NCBI GenBank assembly: GCA_951406725.2
Contig: OX597818.1
Coordinates: 27,404,001 to 27,468,000 of the forward strand
DNA length: 64,000 nt
Direction of reading: 5' to 3'
Source of the DNA: Octopus vulgaris
Taxonomy: Eukaryota
Positions 12,476-25,397 of this stretch are shown piece after piece. How positions within the stretch are numbered: position 1 is the first letter of the stretch; each line of letters opens with the position of its first letter. The position numbers were made by a program, and so were the translations under genes. Below the pieces are notes generated by a model that was not told where the DNA came from, searched no databases, and was given only the letters and a program-made list of their open reading frames with translations.

Positions 12476-13997
12476 ACTGTGGTTCACGCAGTGCCGACCC
12501 TGGTGTGCTGGTGAAAGTTAATGTATCTTTTTCACTCTGTGTGTGTTGTGCTTAAAACCGTGTTTATATTTTTGAATGTGATAAAGTGTAGAATTAGACT
12601 ATTATCCTGCTTCCAGATACACTGTGGCTGCCAGGATTTGAAAAATAGGGCAGATTTCCCCCTGTAGCGTAGCTCGGTGATATCCTTACTGTTTGAGAGA
12701 GATCGTACAAATAATGTCATAGCAGATAACAGTTGACTTTTGGCCGCTATTTGGACCCTGTTGTGACCACTACTCTGATTGGTTGGCATTGGCGTAGTTT
12801 GTCTCTCAACTTATTTTGCGCCAATGCATAAACTAACCAATCAGAACCTTCCAATAAGATCATGTGACACAGTCTTTTGGGTTTTCTTCTGGAGCCTTTA
12901 GAATGTTATAAAAACCTAGCGATCCAGTGAATCGACGTCTTTAGTCTCTGACCATTGACCATGCCAGACCAGCCAGTTCCAGCGACCCAGTCATGTTCCT
13001 GCAATAGCCAGCGACGACACCAAGATACAGCAACTCAGGACTTTTCTCTACTGTCGCCCTTCTCTGCCGTCACCATCACCATCGTCGACTTCACTTTGAC
13101 GCCGTCATCACCACCGACGCCTTAGCTTATCGTCGCCCTTCAACTTCACGTCGTCTCCAGCAACGCCGATACGTACACAGCAACTCGCTCAAATTTAGCT
13201 TACACGCTGTTAGTGTATATTCACCAAGGTTAACAGTCCAGCACTACCTACGAGATCTGTACCAATGTCACCTGGCAAATGGATCGAAACCCCAACTTCT
13301 ACATGCGTAGTAACTGCTCTCCTCTTTTCCTCAACTTCATTGACACAGAACGAACTGCTATTGTGTACCTGTACGAACTGGTATTTATCTCCAACTTATG
13401 TCTGGACATTTCTATTTGTTTTCTATCTTGTTCTTTATGTTCATTCTTATAACACACACGAACACATAGACACTAACACTAGCTGCACGCACCATTGTTG
13501 TACTTACAAAGGAAACACAGACACACTTGTCGCACGTACTCAGACACTCCACTCTGCTAGCACCCATATAAGCTCTTATTGTACACATCTGTAAATAAAG
13601 TCTTTCTTTCTCTCAAACAGTTGAACGGTTGTGTTGTTCTTATTATTTACTGGCACTCATATTATTTTATACCATGTATTTGGTTTCTTCTTTTGTAAGG
13701 GCGACCATGCGGCGTTTAAAAGGAGACATTTCTGTCACTAACTCCTTTACGTACGATCCTTCACTACACCTCCTTATTTTGTGATTGAGGGGGGATTTTT
13801 AAAAAACAAGGGGTACTTTGTGGCGGTGTTCAGTGAACAAATTAATCACACTACCCGACGGTGGCTAAAACGCGAACTGATCAAGTTTATGTATAAATTT
13901 TCTTTTTATATGCTCGTTTCCTTTTACACAGTATTAAAACAATAGCTAAAGATTTTCTGAAGCAGCACCCCAACTAATTTTATCTACGAGCTCCCTG
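12108..13997. mobile_element. non-autonomous DNA transposon (hAT-like ends) inside the maT transposase
   Basis: Imperfect TIRs CAGTGGCAGCTCATGTATA / TATCTACGAGCTCCCTG with subterminal gcagca(t/c)ccc motifs. TSD not clear. Contains (GA)n at about 12389-12473. Confidence 0.55.
12663..13768 (+). mobile_element. solo LTR
   Basis: TGTAGCG...CACTACA termini. Flanks ccccc/cctcc form a 5-bp TSD with one mismatch. TATAAAA near 12907, AATAAA near 13594. No coding capacity. Confidence 0.8.
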
Positions 13998-14322
13998 GTC
14001 CATTTTGGAGACCAATGTCTATGATTAATCTCATCGTTCAGTAGTAGCTTTGAAGAGGTCTCTGCAGTATGAATGGGATAAAGTATCACTAGAAGTCTAG
14101 CGAGCAGCTGTTGAAGCAGTACCTGGTAAACTTAAGGCTGTAATAAAGAAATGAGGTGGATTTATTGAATATTTTTTTTGCTGTAACATCGCTGAAAATG
14201 CTAAAAACTAGCGTTCAAGTTTTCAAGTAAATTGGTTCAGATTTGGCCAAAATACATTGTTTAACCTTTGTAACAGAACTTTTGGGTCACCCTGGAGTCA
14301 ACTTTGTCAGGTATTTTCTAGG

Positions 14323-14882
<560 letters not shown>

Positions 14883-15199
14883 TATACATAAGAAGCCTTT
14901 CCAAAGTGCAGAATTGTCAATGATAAGAAGAACGGTTCGTTGTTGGTTGCTTAATGAACGAAGGCTTACTTTGAAATGCTGAGTTGGGGAAAGAGAGGGA
15001 AAAAATATTGCTACCATTCCCTCTCTCTGTCACTCAGAAGTCCTCTCAGTTTTATGTTGTAGAATGAAAGGGAAAAGAAGACAGGAAGAAGAGTGGGCAA
15101 TGGTTTCAGATTAATTATATAATTGATTAGACCTCGGAAAAAATAATTCCTGGTTCTGAAGTCATTTAATATAATGTAAGCGGACACATTTCATTTTAG

Positions 15200-15282
15200 C
15201 ATGGTAATATAGTATGGAGGGATCTAAAAAAATATTCTGATGTCCTAGACAGGCTTGGTTTAATCTTACACCTTATTATCGG
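15200..15282 (+). other. candidate non-coding 5'UTR exon of the IgSF gene
   Basis: Unique sequence between acatttcattttAG and a consensus donor CGG|GTAAGT at 15283. The coding exon at 33699 starts with an acceptor, so it needs an upstream exon. No transcript evidence. Confidence 0.35.
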
Positions 15283-15522
15283 GTAAGTAAATACTGTTTA
15301 TTATTCATCTAAAGTTTAATTACAAGAATGTATAGCTTTATTTCAAATTTCTACAGTCTAATTACGTCTCTTTAGCTGCTTCTCTATAAAACATATAGTA
15401 ACTTATGTAAACACGTACACGTGATACACAGACAGACAGACACACACACACACACACACACACACATGATAATATACATTTCTATAAAACTTATGTAGAA
15501 GACGGGGGACGGGTAATGGATA

Positions 15523-16164
15523 TGTAGGGACCTCGCTTAACCCTGCCTGAGATTTGAAACCAAATCTACCCGCTTGCTGCTTGTCAAAACAAGTGGGAAA
15601 TCCTCTTCATACAAGATGATTGATGGGGAGACACTTGACTCCCAAGGACCTGTGTTGGTCAAAGAAAGGTCAGTCCCTTGTTTAGAGTTTGACCTACATT
15701 ACTGACCATAGTCTATATAACAGAGAGCATTTCCTATCTCTTGCACTTTTGTGTCAGCCAGACCAAGGAGCAACACCCTTTTTTGCGTCAACTATGACCA
15801 AGGAACAACACTTTCCTTTGCCCTTTGCTCGACATATGAAGAGAAGCTTTCGGCCCCAAGAAAGACGATGCTACCTTAATCCTTTCTAGTTAGCACCGTG
15901 CATTCTTTACTATTTCCCTCTCAACTAGCAGCCAGCGAGCGAACTTGTCTCTACCACTACAATTACTGCCGTATCTTTCACTACATGTTTGGGTAAACGA
16001 ATAAATATATTTAAATGATATTTCTTCCTTCTTGGTGTTGATTCTTCGATGTTTACTAATTATTCCGATGCGAGAATCTTAAAGCGTTACATCTACACGC
16101 TACATTTGGTTGTGGGCTACATCATATCGACGTGATATGGCATGTCACATTTCAGCTCGCTACA
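15523..16164 (+). mobile_element. solo LTR (Gypsy-related)
   Basis: TGTAGGGA...TCGCTACA ends, TATATAA near 15714, AATAAA near 16000. Internal 15840-15970 matches the reverse complement of about 21690-21860, which abuts a PBS-like motif and a Gypsy RNase H fragment. Confidence 0.65.
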
Positions 16165-16723
16165 GGTATTTCACGCACCTCGACTTTCTATTACTATCGA
16201 TATGAAACGTTTTATTTTCATGTATAATATAAACATGTACATCATTTAGAACGATGTCATTTAATAAGATTTTGCTGGCAAATTCTTAAATTAACATAAA
16301 CATTTGTTTACATGAAAGAAAATTACTGGAGAACTTTCTTCTAATTCTTCCAAAGCTTTCTGTTAAAACTATTGAAACTATTTGTGGAGACTTTTTTTAA
16401 ATCATAGAAACTGGTCGCAAGCAAGCCACCTCATTGTTTTGATGATTTAATTACAACTATGTTGAATCAAAGTTGTGCTGGAATTACATATTTACATATG
16501 TATTATAGTTTTAGAATACGCAAATTTTATTAAAACAAATGCAAATAGGCAGTGCCTCCAAGAACTTCAAAATTGGTTTTAAAACTCTATAATAGGTATT
16601 ATTAGGACTCCTCATGTTACCATGGTACCCGTGGGTACAAGGTAAAAAAATTTTCTTCCTGTTTTTTTATATACGTTGATCTCATACGTTCGAACACATT
16701 TCGTCTCCACATCTATACATTAA

Positions 16724-17123
16724 CTAGCAGCATAGCCCGGCGTTGCCCGGGTATGTAAGAGCCCCTAGTAGGCAACGACTAATCCCAATCTAGTTCTTTC
16801 CCTCTAGAGAACGAAGGCGCATGTGTAGGTTGCAATGTCTTCTCTTCACTCGAATACTTCTATGTATACGATGTTCCTAGCTGTCTCCCGACAGAAAATG
16901 TGTTGCATATAAAAAGCTTAGATTCTCGACCCCATGTCGAATTTATCGATTTTTTTCAGAACTCGGGGAACTTTTCAAAATTTTCGATGCGTTAGTTTTG
17001 AATTATGACATTGGGCTATGTGTGTGTCAAGTTTCATCAGAATCTATTGAAAGCTGTGGTCAGGGTGAGGGTACAAGCTGACAGACACACAGACAGACAA
17101 ACTGCCGTTTATATATAGAGAGA
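16724..17123 (-). mobile_element. non-autonomous Helitron (400 bp)
   Basis: Minus strand begins a|TC and ends CTAG|t. GC hairpin CCCGGGCAACGCCGGG about 8 nt before CTAG. Internal (GTCT)n. Confidence 0.88.
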
Positions 17124-17420
17124 TTAATGTTATACTGTCACACGGATTCAGCTTAATGTTTACTTTAACACCCGGCCATCAAAACCGAAAAAAAAAAAAA
17201 AAGTAATAGGTGTAAAAATGTGTAGTAAACCAAATCTGAATTTGGTTTACTACACATTTTTACACCTGAATCTGAAAACCAAAATTTGTGCAAACGAACC
17301 GGGGCGTAGGGAGAGGACTTTCGGAAAATTCACACGATCCGATTTTTCCCCCCATAACTTTCAGGAAAATAGATATCTTTTAACGAAATTTTATATAAAT
17401 ACCTTTCAAACAGAATAGAT

Positions 17421-17560
17421 TCTTTTTGTCTACTCTAGGCACAAGGCCCGAAATTTTTGGGGAAGGGGCCAGTCGATTAGATCGACTCTAATACGCAACT
17501 GGTACTTAATTTATTGACCACAAAAGGATGAAAGGCAAAGTCGACCTCGGTGGAATTGAA
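17421..17560 (-). mobile_element. tRNA-derived SINE fragment (family B)
   Basis: aggatgaaaggcaaagtcgacctcgg core shared with 59742-59970. Inserted in another repeat (about 17170-17650). Confidence 0.85.
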
Positions 17561-17671
17561 ACGACATAGATTACGATTATAAAGAAATTTGTTGGTAAAA
17601 TTTTTCCCAAAGGGGTGGGGAGAGGATTTTGGGAAAATTCACACAATCCCATGTATGTATGTATGTATGTA

Positions 17672-17710
<39 letters not shown>

Positions 17711-17725
17711 GTGTGTGTGTGTGTC

Positions 17726-17756
<31 letters not shown>

Positions 17757-17779
17757 ATGTATGTTTGTATGTATGTATA

Positions 17780-18146
17780 TATTTCTTACTGGAGAAGATC
17801 AGTTTATGGGATTACCCTGGGTTTTCCATCCATAAAGTGTTTGATTTTATATCGCATAAAACGGTAATCCCATTGTTCTATCGCGCGTTCGACGTAGGAT
17901 ATAATGGAATGATAACAATCTATTTGAAAATCGTTCTACTCAATATACTGGTAATATCCCTAGACAATACGCAACTCCCAGCTTTACACCTTGCTGAATG
18001 GTATCCGCATATGTCCATTTATATTGTGGAACAGTCCATTAGGAGCGAACCAATAGGGGTGTCCTACTTCCACACAACACCCATAAAACCTTTATGGACG
18101 GGAAAGCCAAGACAATCCCATAAACCTACCTTCCCAAGTAAAAAAT
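17780..18146. repeat. element with about 65-bp imperfect terminal inverted repeats
   Basis: atttcttactggagaagatcagtttatgggatt... pairs with ...aatcccataaacctaccttcccaagtaaaaaat. Confidence 0.6.
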
Positions 18147-18187
18147 ATATACTGCTCTACATCTTAGAGTGTGCTTCTCCGGATTTA

Positions 18188-19969
18188 TCATCATCATCAT
18201 CATCATCGTTTAGCGTCCGCTTTCCATGCTAGCATGGGTTGGACGGTTCAACTGGGGTCTGGGAAGCCAGAAGGCTGCACCAGGCCCAGTTTGATCCGGT
18301 AATGTTTCTACGGCTGGATGCCCTTCATAACTCCAACCACTCCATGAGTGTAGTGGGTGCTTTTTACGTGCCACTGGCACAGGTGCCAGACGAGTCTGGC
18401 AAATGGCCACGATCGCATGGTGCTTTTTATGTGCCACCGGCACGGGGGCCAGGCGAGGCTGGCAACGGCCACGAATGGATGGTGATTTTTACGTGCCACC
18501 GGCACGAGGCCAGTCGGGGCGGCGCTGGCAACGGCCACGTTTGGATGGTTCTCTTACATGCCACCAGCACTGGTAACTCAGCTGCAATTTCCATTGTTCG
18601 ATTTCAATTCTGATTCTCACTTGCCTCAACAGGTCTTCACAAGTAGAGTTTTGTGTCCCAAGAAGGGAAGGTATGCATAAGTGGACTGGCTACATCCCAT
18701 GTAGAAGGCCATGGGTTATGGTCTCACTTGTCCTGCCGGGTCTTCTCACGCACAGCATACTTCCAGAGGTCTCGGTCTCTAGTCATTTCCTCAGTGAGAC
18801 CTAAAGTTCGAAGGTCGTGCTTCATCACCTCGTCCCAGGTTTTCCTGGGTCTGTCTCTTCCACAGGTTCCCTCAACTGCTAGGGTGTGGCACATTTTCAC
18901 ACAAGTATCTTCATCCATTCTCGCCATATGTCTATACCAGTGCAAATGTCTCTCTTGCACACCACATCTGATGCTTCTTAGGTCCAGCTTCTCTCTCAAG
19001 GTACTTACACTCTGTCGAGTATGAACACTGACATTACACATCCATCGGAGCATACTGGCTTCATTTCTTGCGAGCTTACGCATATCCTCAGCAGTCACGG
19101 TCCATGTTTCACTGCCATGTAGCATGGCTGTTTGTACACACGCGTCATACAGTCTGCCTTTTACTCTGAGAGGCCTTTTGTCACCAGCAGAGGTAAGAGT
19201 TCTCTGAACTTTGCCCAAGCAATTCTTACTCTAGCAGTTACACTTTCAGCACACCCGCCTCCGCTGCTGACTTGGTCACCTAGGTAACGGAAGCTATCAA
19301 CTATTTCTAGTTTTTCTCCCTGGAACGTGACAGAAGTTGGTCTCAGAGAATTTTCAGTGTTTATTGTTCCTGAGCATCTGCCACATACAAAAACTATCTT
19401 CCTAGTTAGCCTTCCTTTGACATTGCTGCACCTCTTATGTGTCCATAGCTTACACTTGGTGCATCTTATAGAGTTTCTACCTACACCTTTTCTACAGATC
19501 GAGCAGGGCCATCTACCTGAAGGCGTTTGTGATTTGTCTACCTTCCTACTTATTAGGACTTTGGTTTTAGCTAGATTGACTCTAAGGCCCTTTGATTCTA
19601 ATCCTTTCTTCCACACCTGAAACTTCTCCTCCAGTTCTGATAGTGACTCAGCAATTAGAGCAAGGTCATCAGCATAGAGGAGCTCCCAAGGGCATCCTGT
19701 CTTGAATTCCTCCGTTATTGCCTGGAGGACTACGATAAATAGGAGGGGGCTGAGGGCTGAACCTTGGTGGACCCCTACCTCTACCCGGAATTCTTCACTG
19801 TACTCGTAGCCAACCTTTACCTTACTAGCAGCGTCCCTGTACATGGCTTGCACAGCTCTCACTAACCATTCATCTATCCCTAGTTTCCTCATTGACCACC
19901 AGATAAGGGATCGGGGGACCCTGTCGAAAGCTTTCTCCATGTCAACGAAAGCCAGGTACAGGGGCTTAT
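18188..19969 (-). mobile_element. young 5'-truncated RTE-clade LINE (RT, 3'UTR, (GAT)n tail)
   Basis: ORFs 19161-19985 and 18724-19218 contain FVDMEKAFDRVP, GVHQGSALSPLLF, LLYADD, FRYLG and LHGSETW. One frameshift near 19170 is a 4-nt deletion relative to the copy at about 57805. Confidence 0.96.
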
Positions 19970-20509
19970 TAGTTAGTTTAAACAATAATTTTTTTATACC
20001 AACTAATTTAAGTAGATAAAAGAGGTGTTGTATTGAAGATGTAATTGTTTATATATTTTTTGTTGCAGTTATACATAGGAGAAGACTTAGAAACTTATTT
20101 ATATACATTTATATACACACATATGTTGTTGTATGTTGTGATGACAAGCGATTATCTTGGACACAAAAAGGGTTTCAATTGATATGTGCATGAGATGTAA
20201 TGAAGTGAATTTCGAGGGTTGTGGATTGCACTTACTCAACTGTATCGTCCGTTAAAGAGCTTTTGTTGCTTTTTAGTTGTAGTTGATGTATGATTAAATA
20301 GTTAATGCTCATGCTCATAACACAGATATTTGAATTAATTTTTACAATCCAGCCATCCTTTCACACAAAATTTTGTCTTTTTCTAAAGCCATGTTACCCT
20401 GAAGTGACTTTATATATAATGGAACTGTGATTATATATATTAGAAAATATATACATATAAGTCGAAACAATTTGTTGGCTTTTTACGGTTTTCATAATTA
20501 TTTATGTTA

Positions 20510-21183
20510 TCAGGTCTTCCCATAAGTTCTGTCTGATTTTACCTTTTTTAAATTTGAATGAAATTTAATATAATTTAGAATGTCTAATGGAATTAAAAAT
20601 TATTTTTATGTATTTGTGTACATTTAGACTAATTAAATATTTTACAGAATAATAGAATTTAAATTTCTTTGATTAAAACCCTTTCTAACATGGAAGTATC
20701 CAAAGAGCATTTGAGGCACATAATGCTTTATGAGTGCAAAAAAGGAAACTCTGTAGCCGAAGCGACTTGAAACATACACTCAGTTTATGGGAAAGAATGC
20801 TTGAAATAAAGAACTTGTAGATGATGGTTTGCAAGATTCAGAAGTGGAGATTTCAGCCTTGAAGATGAGGATCGAACAGGACGTCCAGTTGAGTTTGATG
20901 ATAAGCTCCTTGAGGTATTACTTGAAGAAAATCCTGCATTATCAGTTGAAGAATTGGCAATAAAGCTTAGCTCAAAACATACAACTGTTCATTGCCATCT
21001 TGAACAACTTGGACAGGTTCCTAAACTTGGAAAATGGGTGCCTCATGAATTGTCCGAAAGCAACCTCAAATCCCGAATTGACATCTGCTCTTTCCTCAAT
21101 TCTTGCGAACTCATTTCACCCTTTTTGGATAGACTTGTGACTGGTGATGAAAAATGGATCTTCTATTGAAATGTTAAACGTCG
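20510..21183 (+). mobile_element. 5' half of mariner (same family as 50348-51609)
   Basis: TA plus TIR tcaggtcttcccataagttctgtc, then MEVSKEHLRHIMLYE...WVPHEL...TGDEKWIFY. Truncated against a Gypsy fragment. Confidence 0.93.
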
Positions 21184-21900
21184 TTATGGTCAGTATAAAT
21201 GGAGAAAACGCAACCTTCCAGCATGTGTTGAAAATGCTTGCCAGCAAGATGCACTGCCAGTAATTCTTGACCGAAGGTACAGTACTTAGTCTCGATGGGT
21301 TCTAAGCACTTGGAAAAGAAGGACACAGGTTGCCAAATACTGTCAGTGAGTTGTTGGAGCACACCTCTAGCTCCGGAATCGAATGCATCAACTAGTACAT
21401 ACAGTGGGGCATCTGGTTTGGGATACACCAGCCTGGTGGCATTGGATAACGCTTTTTTCAAGTTAGAGAAAGACGCAAGTTGTTCTTTACTCAAGGCAAT
21501 GTTTATATTTTTGCCTGTTCGCTGTCACAGCAAATCTGTGAGTGTTGGGCTGTCTCTGCCCAGTGGGGTAAAAATCTGCAGTAGAATTTCACCAAACCAA
21601 GAAATTCTCACAATGTGATAGTAATCGAAGAGCAACAACTTTTGGGTCACCTCTACTAAATATCGCCACTCTGTTCCATTTTATTTTTGTGTACAGCAGT
21701 AATTGTAGTTGCAATGACAACAAGTTCGCTCGCTGGTTGGTAGTTGATAGTACAGAAGTTGTTGTCTGCCAGTAGAGAGGGAAATAGTAACAAATGCATG
21801 GTGCTGACTAGAAAGAATAAAGGTGGCATTGTCTTTCTTGTGGCTGAAAGCTTCTCATGGACTGTTAGTAGAGATGACCCGGAAGTTGTTACTCTTCAAT
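21184..21900 (-). mobile_element. Gypsy remnant: RNase H fragment plus partial LTR
   Basis: ORF 21174-21494 contains LVDAFDSGARGVLQQ..WQPVSFFSK..ELLAVHLA..FSIYTDH. LTR homology to 15523-16164. PBS-like GGTGACCC near 21643-21650. Confidence 0.85.
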
Positions 21901-22622
21901 TACTATCGCATAGAGCAGTAGCTTTTATCAGCTGAATACACGTCGTTGATTGGTTAAAATTACCCAAATACGACAACTTTAACTTCTAAAATACGAAATT
22001 TTGTTCAAAATGTTGAAAGTAAACCGTGTTCAGCATGAGAAATTACACCAGTATATGATGTTTCAAACTGTACAGTTAAAAAAAAAACAATTTGTGAGTG
22101 AAACTGAAGAGATCTGTTTCTCACGACCTGAAGTGCAAAATATCTGATTTTTATCAAAAAACGGTCTCCAAATATTTTAAACCAAAGTTACATCTAGTTC
22201 AGACAATATGTGATGCTGTAATGTTTAGTGCAATAACATCAATAGCTAAATTGGAACTTGTTAAAGGCCAGGAAATTTTGTGACATTTTCTAAGAATGCT
22301 ACAAACCAAATAAATACTAAAATGATTCCTTTCATTATTGAAGATTACATTCCTTGTTAGGAGGCATGAGTTAAATTTTTGAGTATGCACTCTATTCCAG
22401 GGGAAATGGCTGTAATCTTGAGTAATGCCTTAGTCTTTATTGACAATAATGGGATGATTAAAAATGTATTTTGGGGAGAAAACTGCAGTAGATATTTTGG
22501 CTGCATAAAAGGAAAAAGCAAGAACGAACTTCCAAATTTGGAAAATGCCTTGTTGGTACTAGCTGAGATGCATCCACTGTGCAGAAATACCTACAAACAG
22601 TTGTTGGTACATTACCAATTAA

Positions 22623-22838
22623 CCCTTTTGATACCAACCTTAGTCTGGTCCTTGTTCTATGATACACACTTCCGGTTTTGAAGCGATTTAAATTAAAACC
22701 TTCCATCAAAATTCATGTTAATTTATGTTTAAAAAAAAACAGTTTAATAAAAACAATTAATTTACTAAATTTTTTCCTTATTTTCAAAATTAATTGAAAC
22801 ATTAGCAGAGTATTTAAAAGAAAGTTATAACAAAAGTG
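22623..22838. mobile_element. piggyBac-like MITE
   Basis: TTAA|cccttttg ... caaaagtg|TTAA: TTAA TSD and short imperfect TIR. Confidence 0.65.
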
Positions 22839-23149
22839 TTAATATCAAAGAACTCATCATGAAAATATTCAAATATTTTCACACATATGCAGTTCATGTC
22901 TGTAGGTTATAGAAAAATAGTATTGCATTTACTGAAAAAGATTATACAAGAAATGGGGAAAATGGTGTGGTGGGGTATGAGAAAACAATTGTTTCAAATA
23001 TTGAAAGAAATATGATCTGTGTACTTAATTTTGTTAATGGGTATATATCCTGAAACATTAAACTATTATCATATTTCCAAATACTTTACTTCTTGTGTTG
23101 TCCTTTCTTAATGTTTAGTATTTTATTATTTTTATACTATATATATATA

Positions 23150-25397
23150 TATATTAATAGTAATGGTAAGACAACAAAAGAATGAACGAAACCTTGATAT
23201 TATGTAAAGAGATGAAAATTATCTGTAATATAGAATGTGACAATTATTCGGTTGCCATAATGAGACTCCAAGTTTCGGATGTCGGGGCGGAAAACTGCAT
23301 CAGTTATTGAGGCAATCAAAAAATGGTATGAAAATGACCATTAAACAAAGGGAAATTACTATGTAATTGACCACTATTAAGACAAAAAAGCTATTAGAAT
23401 GACCGTTAAATAAGGGGAAAAAACTGAAGGGGAGAAAGTAAGCTAGTAAAGAAGTAAAAAGGGTAATAGAAATCGCTTTAACCTTGGGCAGCTTTAATCA
23501 CAAATACCAATGGACCAGCACAAGATCTGTTTAGGAAGGACATTACCCAAATGATGAAAACTTTCAGTCTTATCATAACTACAGATACCAACCTGAGGGT
23601 TGTCAATTTCCTAGAAGTATACTTAGATCTAAATAAGAATATTTACAAAGCTTATAGGAATTCCAACGATAGATTTAGCTATATTAATGTGGGTTCCTGC
23701 CATCCCCCATAGTGTTTAAAAATTTAGTTAAAAACATTAGAAAAAGAATTTCTAGCCTCTCCTCTGATAGGGACATTTTTAATAGTGTTGCCCTAGTATA
23801 TAATAATGCTCTAAAAGATCGAGGATTTAGCAAGGAAATAACCCAGACACCTGTTACCAGTCCAATAATAAAGAAAATGAAACATAGGAATAAGAAAACT
23901 ATTTAGTTCACACCCCCTTACTCCCCCAAAGTGACCTTTAATATAGGTAAGTATTTCTTAGCACTTATAGATAGACATTTTCCAATCAATCATAGTTGCA
24001 GAAAGCTCTTCAATAGACATAACTTAAAAATCAGTTTTAGCTCAACTACTAATTTTTAAAATATAATCGCACACAACACTTAAAAACCACAAAATGAAAC
24101 CAGCTGTTCATGCAAGGATAAAATTTTGTACCTGCTAAATGGAGCTTGTGTGTCCGAGACCATCATTTATGAAGCCACCGTTGTCTCTACAACCACTAAG
24201 AACACAGTTTCAACAAAGAAATATGTGGGTCTCACAGAGGGGAATTTTAAGGCCAGGTTCAACAATCGCACCTTGAGCTTCAGGCACTGGGATAAAAGAA
24301 AAACGACCAAATTATATGGTCCTTAAACGATAAAGGTGTCAATTACAACATCCGTTGGAAGATCTTAGCCTTACACCAACGGCAGTGGAAAGTGTGGTCT
24401 TTGTGATATGGAAAGATGGCTCATCTGGAAAAGCAGCTTAGACCCCGCTACATATCTAAATTCAAGAACTGAACTTTTTGGATCATGTCCACATATGGCT
24501 AAATATTTGTTACGTTTTTGGTCCCCCTAAGATCACAGATAGAACCTGCTTTTTATATTGTGTCCACGTACAAGCATTTTATCTCTCTATATTTTTGTAT
24601 ATATATTTTTACATATTTATTTATATATTTTTATATATCTATTGCTTTATATATTTTTACACATTTTTTTCTGTAATTTACCTTTCACCCTGCATTTTCT
24701 TGTGCATGTGCGTATATAGACATATATATGAACTTTTTTGTGCATGTATGAGTATATACACGTGTGTGCATGTGTGTGTGTGGGTATGTATATATGTACA
24801 TGTATATGTATATGTGTATAGTTGTATATATATGTGGGTGTACATGCGAGTGTGAGTGAGCATATGCAGATATAGCATGTGCGTATTTTAGACGTGTATT
24901 TGAAAATAATTGTGCACGTATGGGTATGTGCACATGTGTGTGTGTGTGTGTGCACATGCGTGTGTGTGCACATGCATGTGTACGGATATGCATATGTGTA
25001 CATGTATGGTTGCATATATGTGCATATATAGGCACATGTGTGGGTGTGCATGTATGTGTTTCACGTGAATGTGAGTGAGCATATGCATATAGGCACATGT
25101 ACGTAGGTGTGCGTGCGCACATGTGTATGTACATGCACGCTTACACGATTTCTATAAGCATTTTTACTTCCTTACTTGTTTACTTTCTCCCCTTCGGTTT
25201 TTCCTCTTATTTAATGGTCATTCTAATAGCTCTTTTGTCTTAATAATAGTCAATTACATAGTAATTTCCCTTTGTTTAACGGTCATTTTCATACCACTGT
25301 TTGATTGCCTTGATAACTGATGAGATGCCAGAGCAGTTTTCCGCCCCGACATCCGAAACTTGGAGTCTCATTATTGTAACCGAATAATTGTCACATA
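23150..25397 (+). mobile_element. Penelope-like (Naiad-like) retroelement with inverted pseudo-LTR
   Basis: RT 3' part (VNFLEVILDL...YINVGSCHPP..FKNL..RISSLSS), .FTPPYS linker, GIY-YIG (IIYEATV...KKYVGLTEGNFKARFNN) and CGLC..E...LNSR.E..CPH. About 23235-23480 is the reverse complement of about 25150-25396. (TA)n at both ends. Confidence 0.92.
25311..25372 (+). ncRNA. type-I hammerhead ribozyme motif in the PLE terminus
   Basis: GAUAA-CUGAUGA-GAUG...CAUC-C-GAAA-CU UGG AG-UC|UCAUU. Core boxes intact. Stem II register is off by one nt and stem I has a mismatch. Confidence 0.65.

Larger units (their letters stand above)
11129..14294 (+). mobile_element. Tc1/mariner DD37D (maT/Bmmar1-type) transposon, split by nested insertions
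   Basis: TIRs cagggtgacccaaaagtt / aacttttgggtcaccctg with TA on the left. Motifs LFTDKSLF, VMVWTGVS, FQHDGAPA, WLPSSSDRNLID, with 37 residues between the 2nd and 3rd Asp. Coding resumes at about 13995 (WSILE). Confidence 0.9.

Noticed and set aside
17985-18062. Hammerhead-like CUGAAUG...GAAC with acacc/ggtgt pairing (similar weak case near 46060-46200)
   Set aside because: Too many core mismatches to distinguish from chance.
22455-22510. YFGEKTAV resembling the anoctamin YFGEK motif
   Set aside because: Needs frameshifts, is flanked by stops, and has no splice sites or further homology; likely chance.
24590-25140. Several His/Thr/Cys/Val-rich ORFs
   Set aside because: Degenerate (TG/TA/CA)n microsatellite inside the Penelope 3' region.
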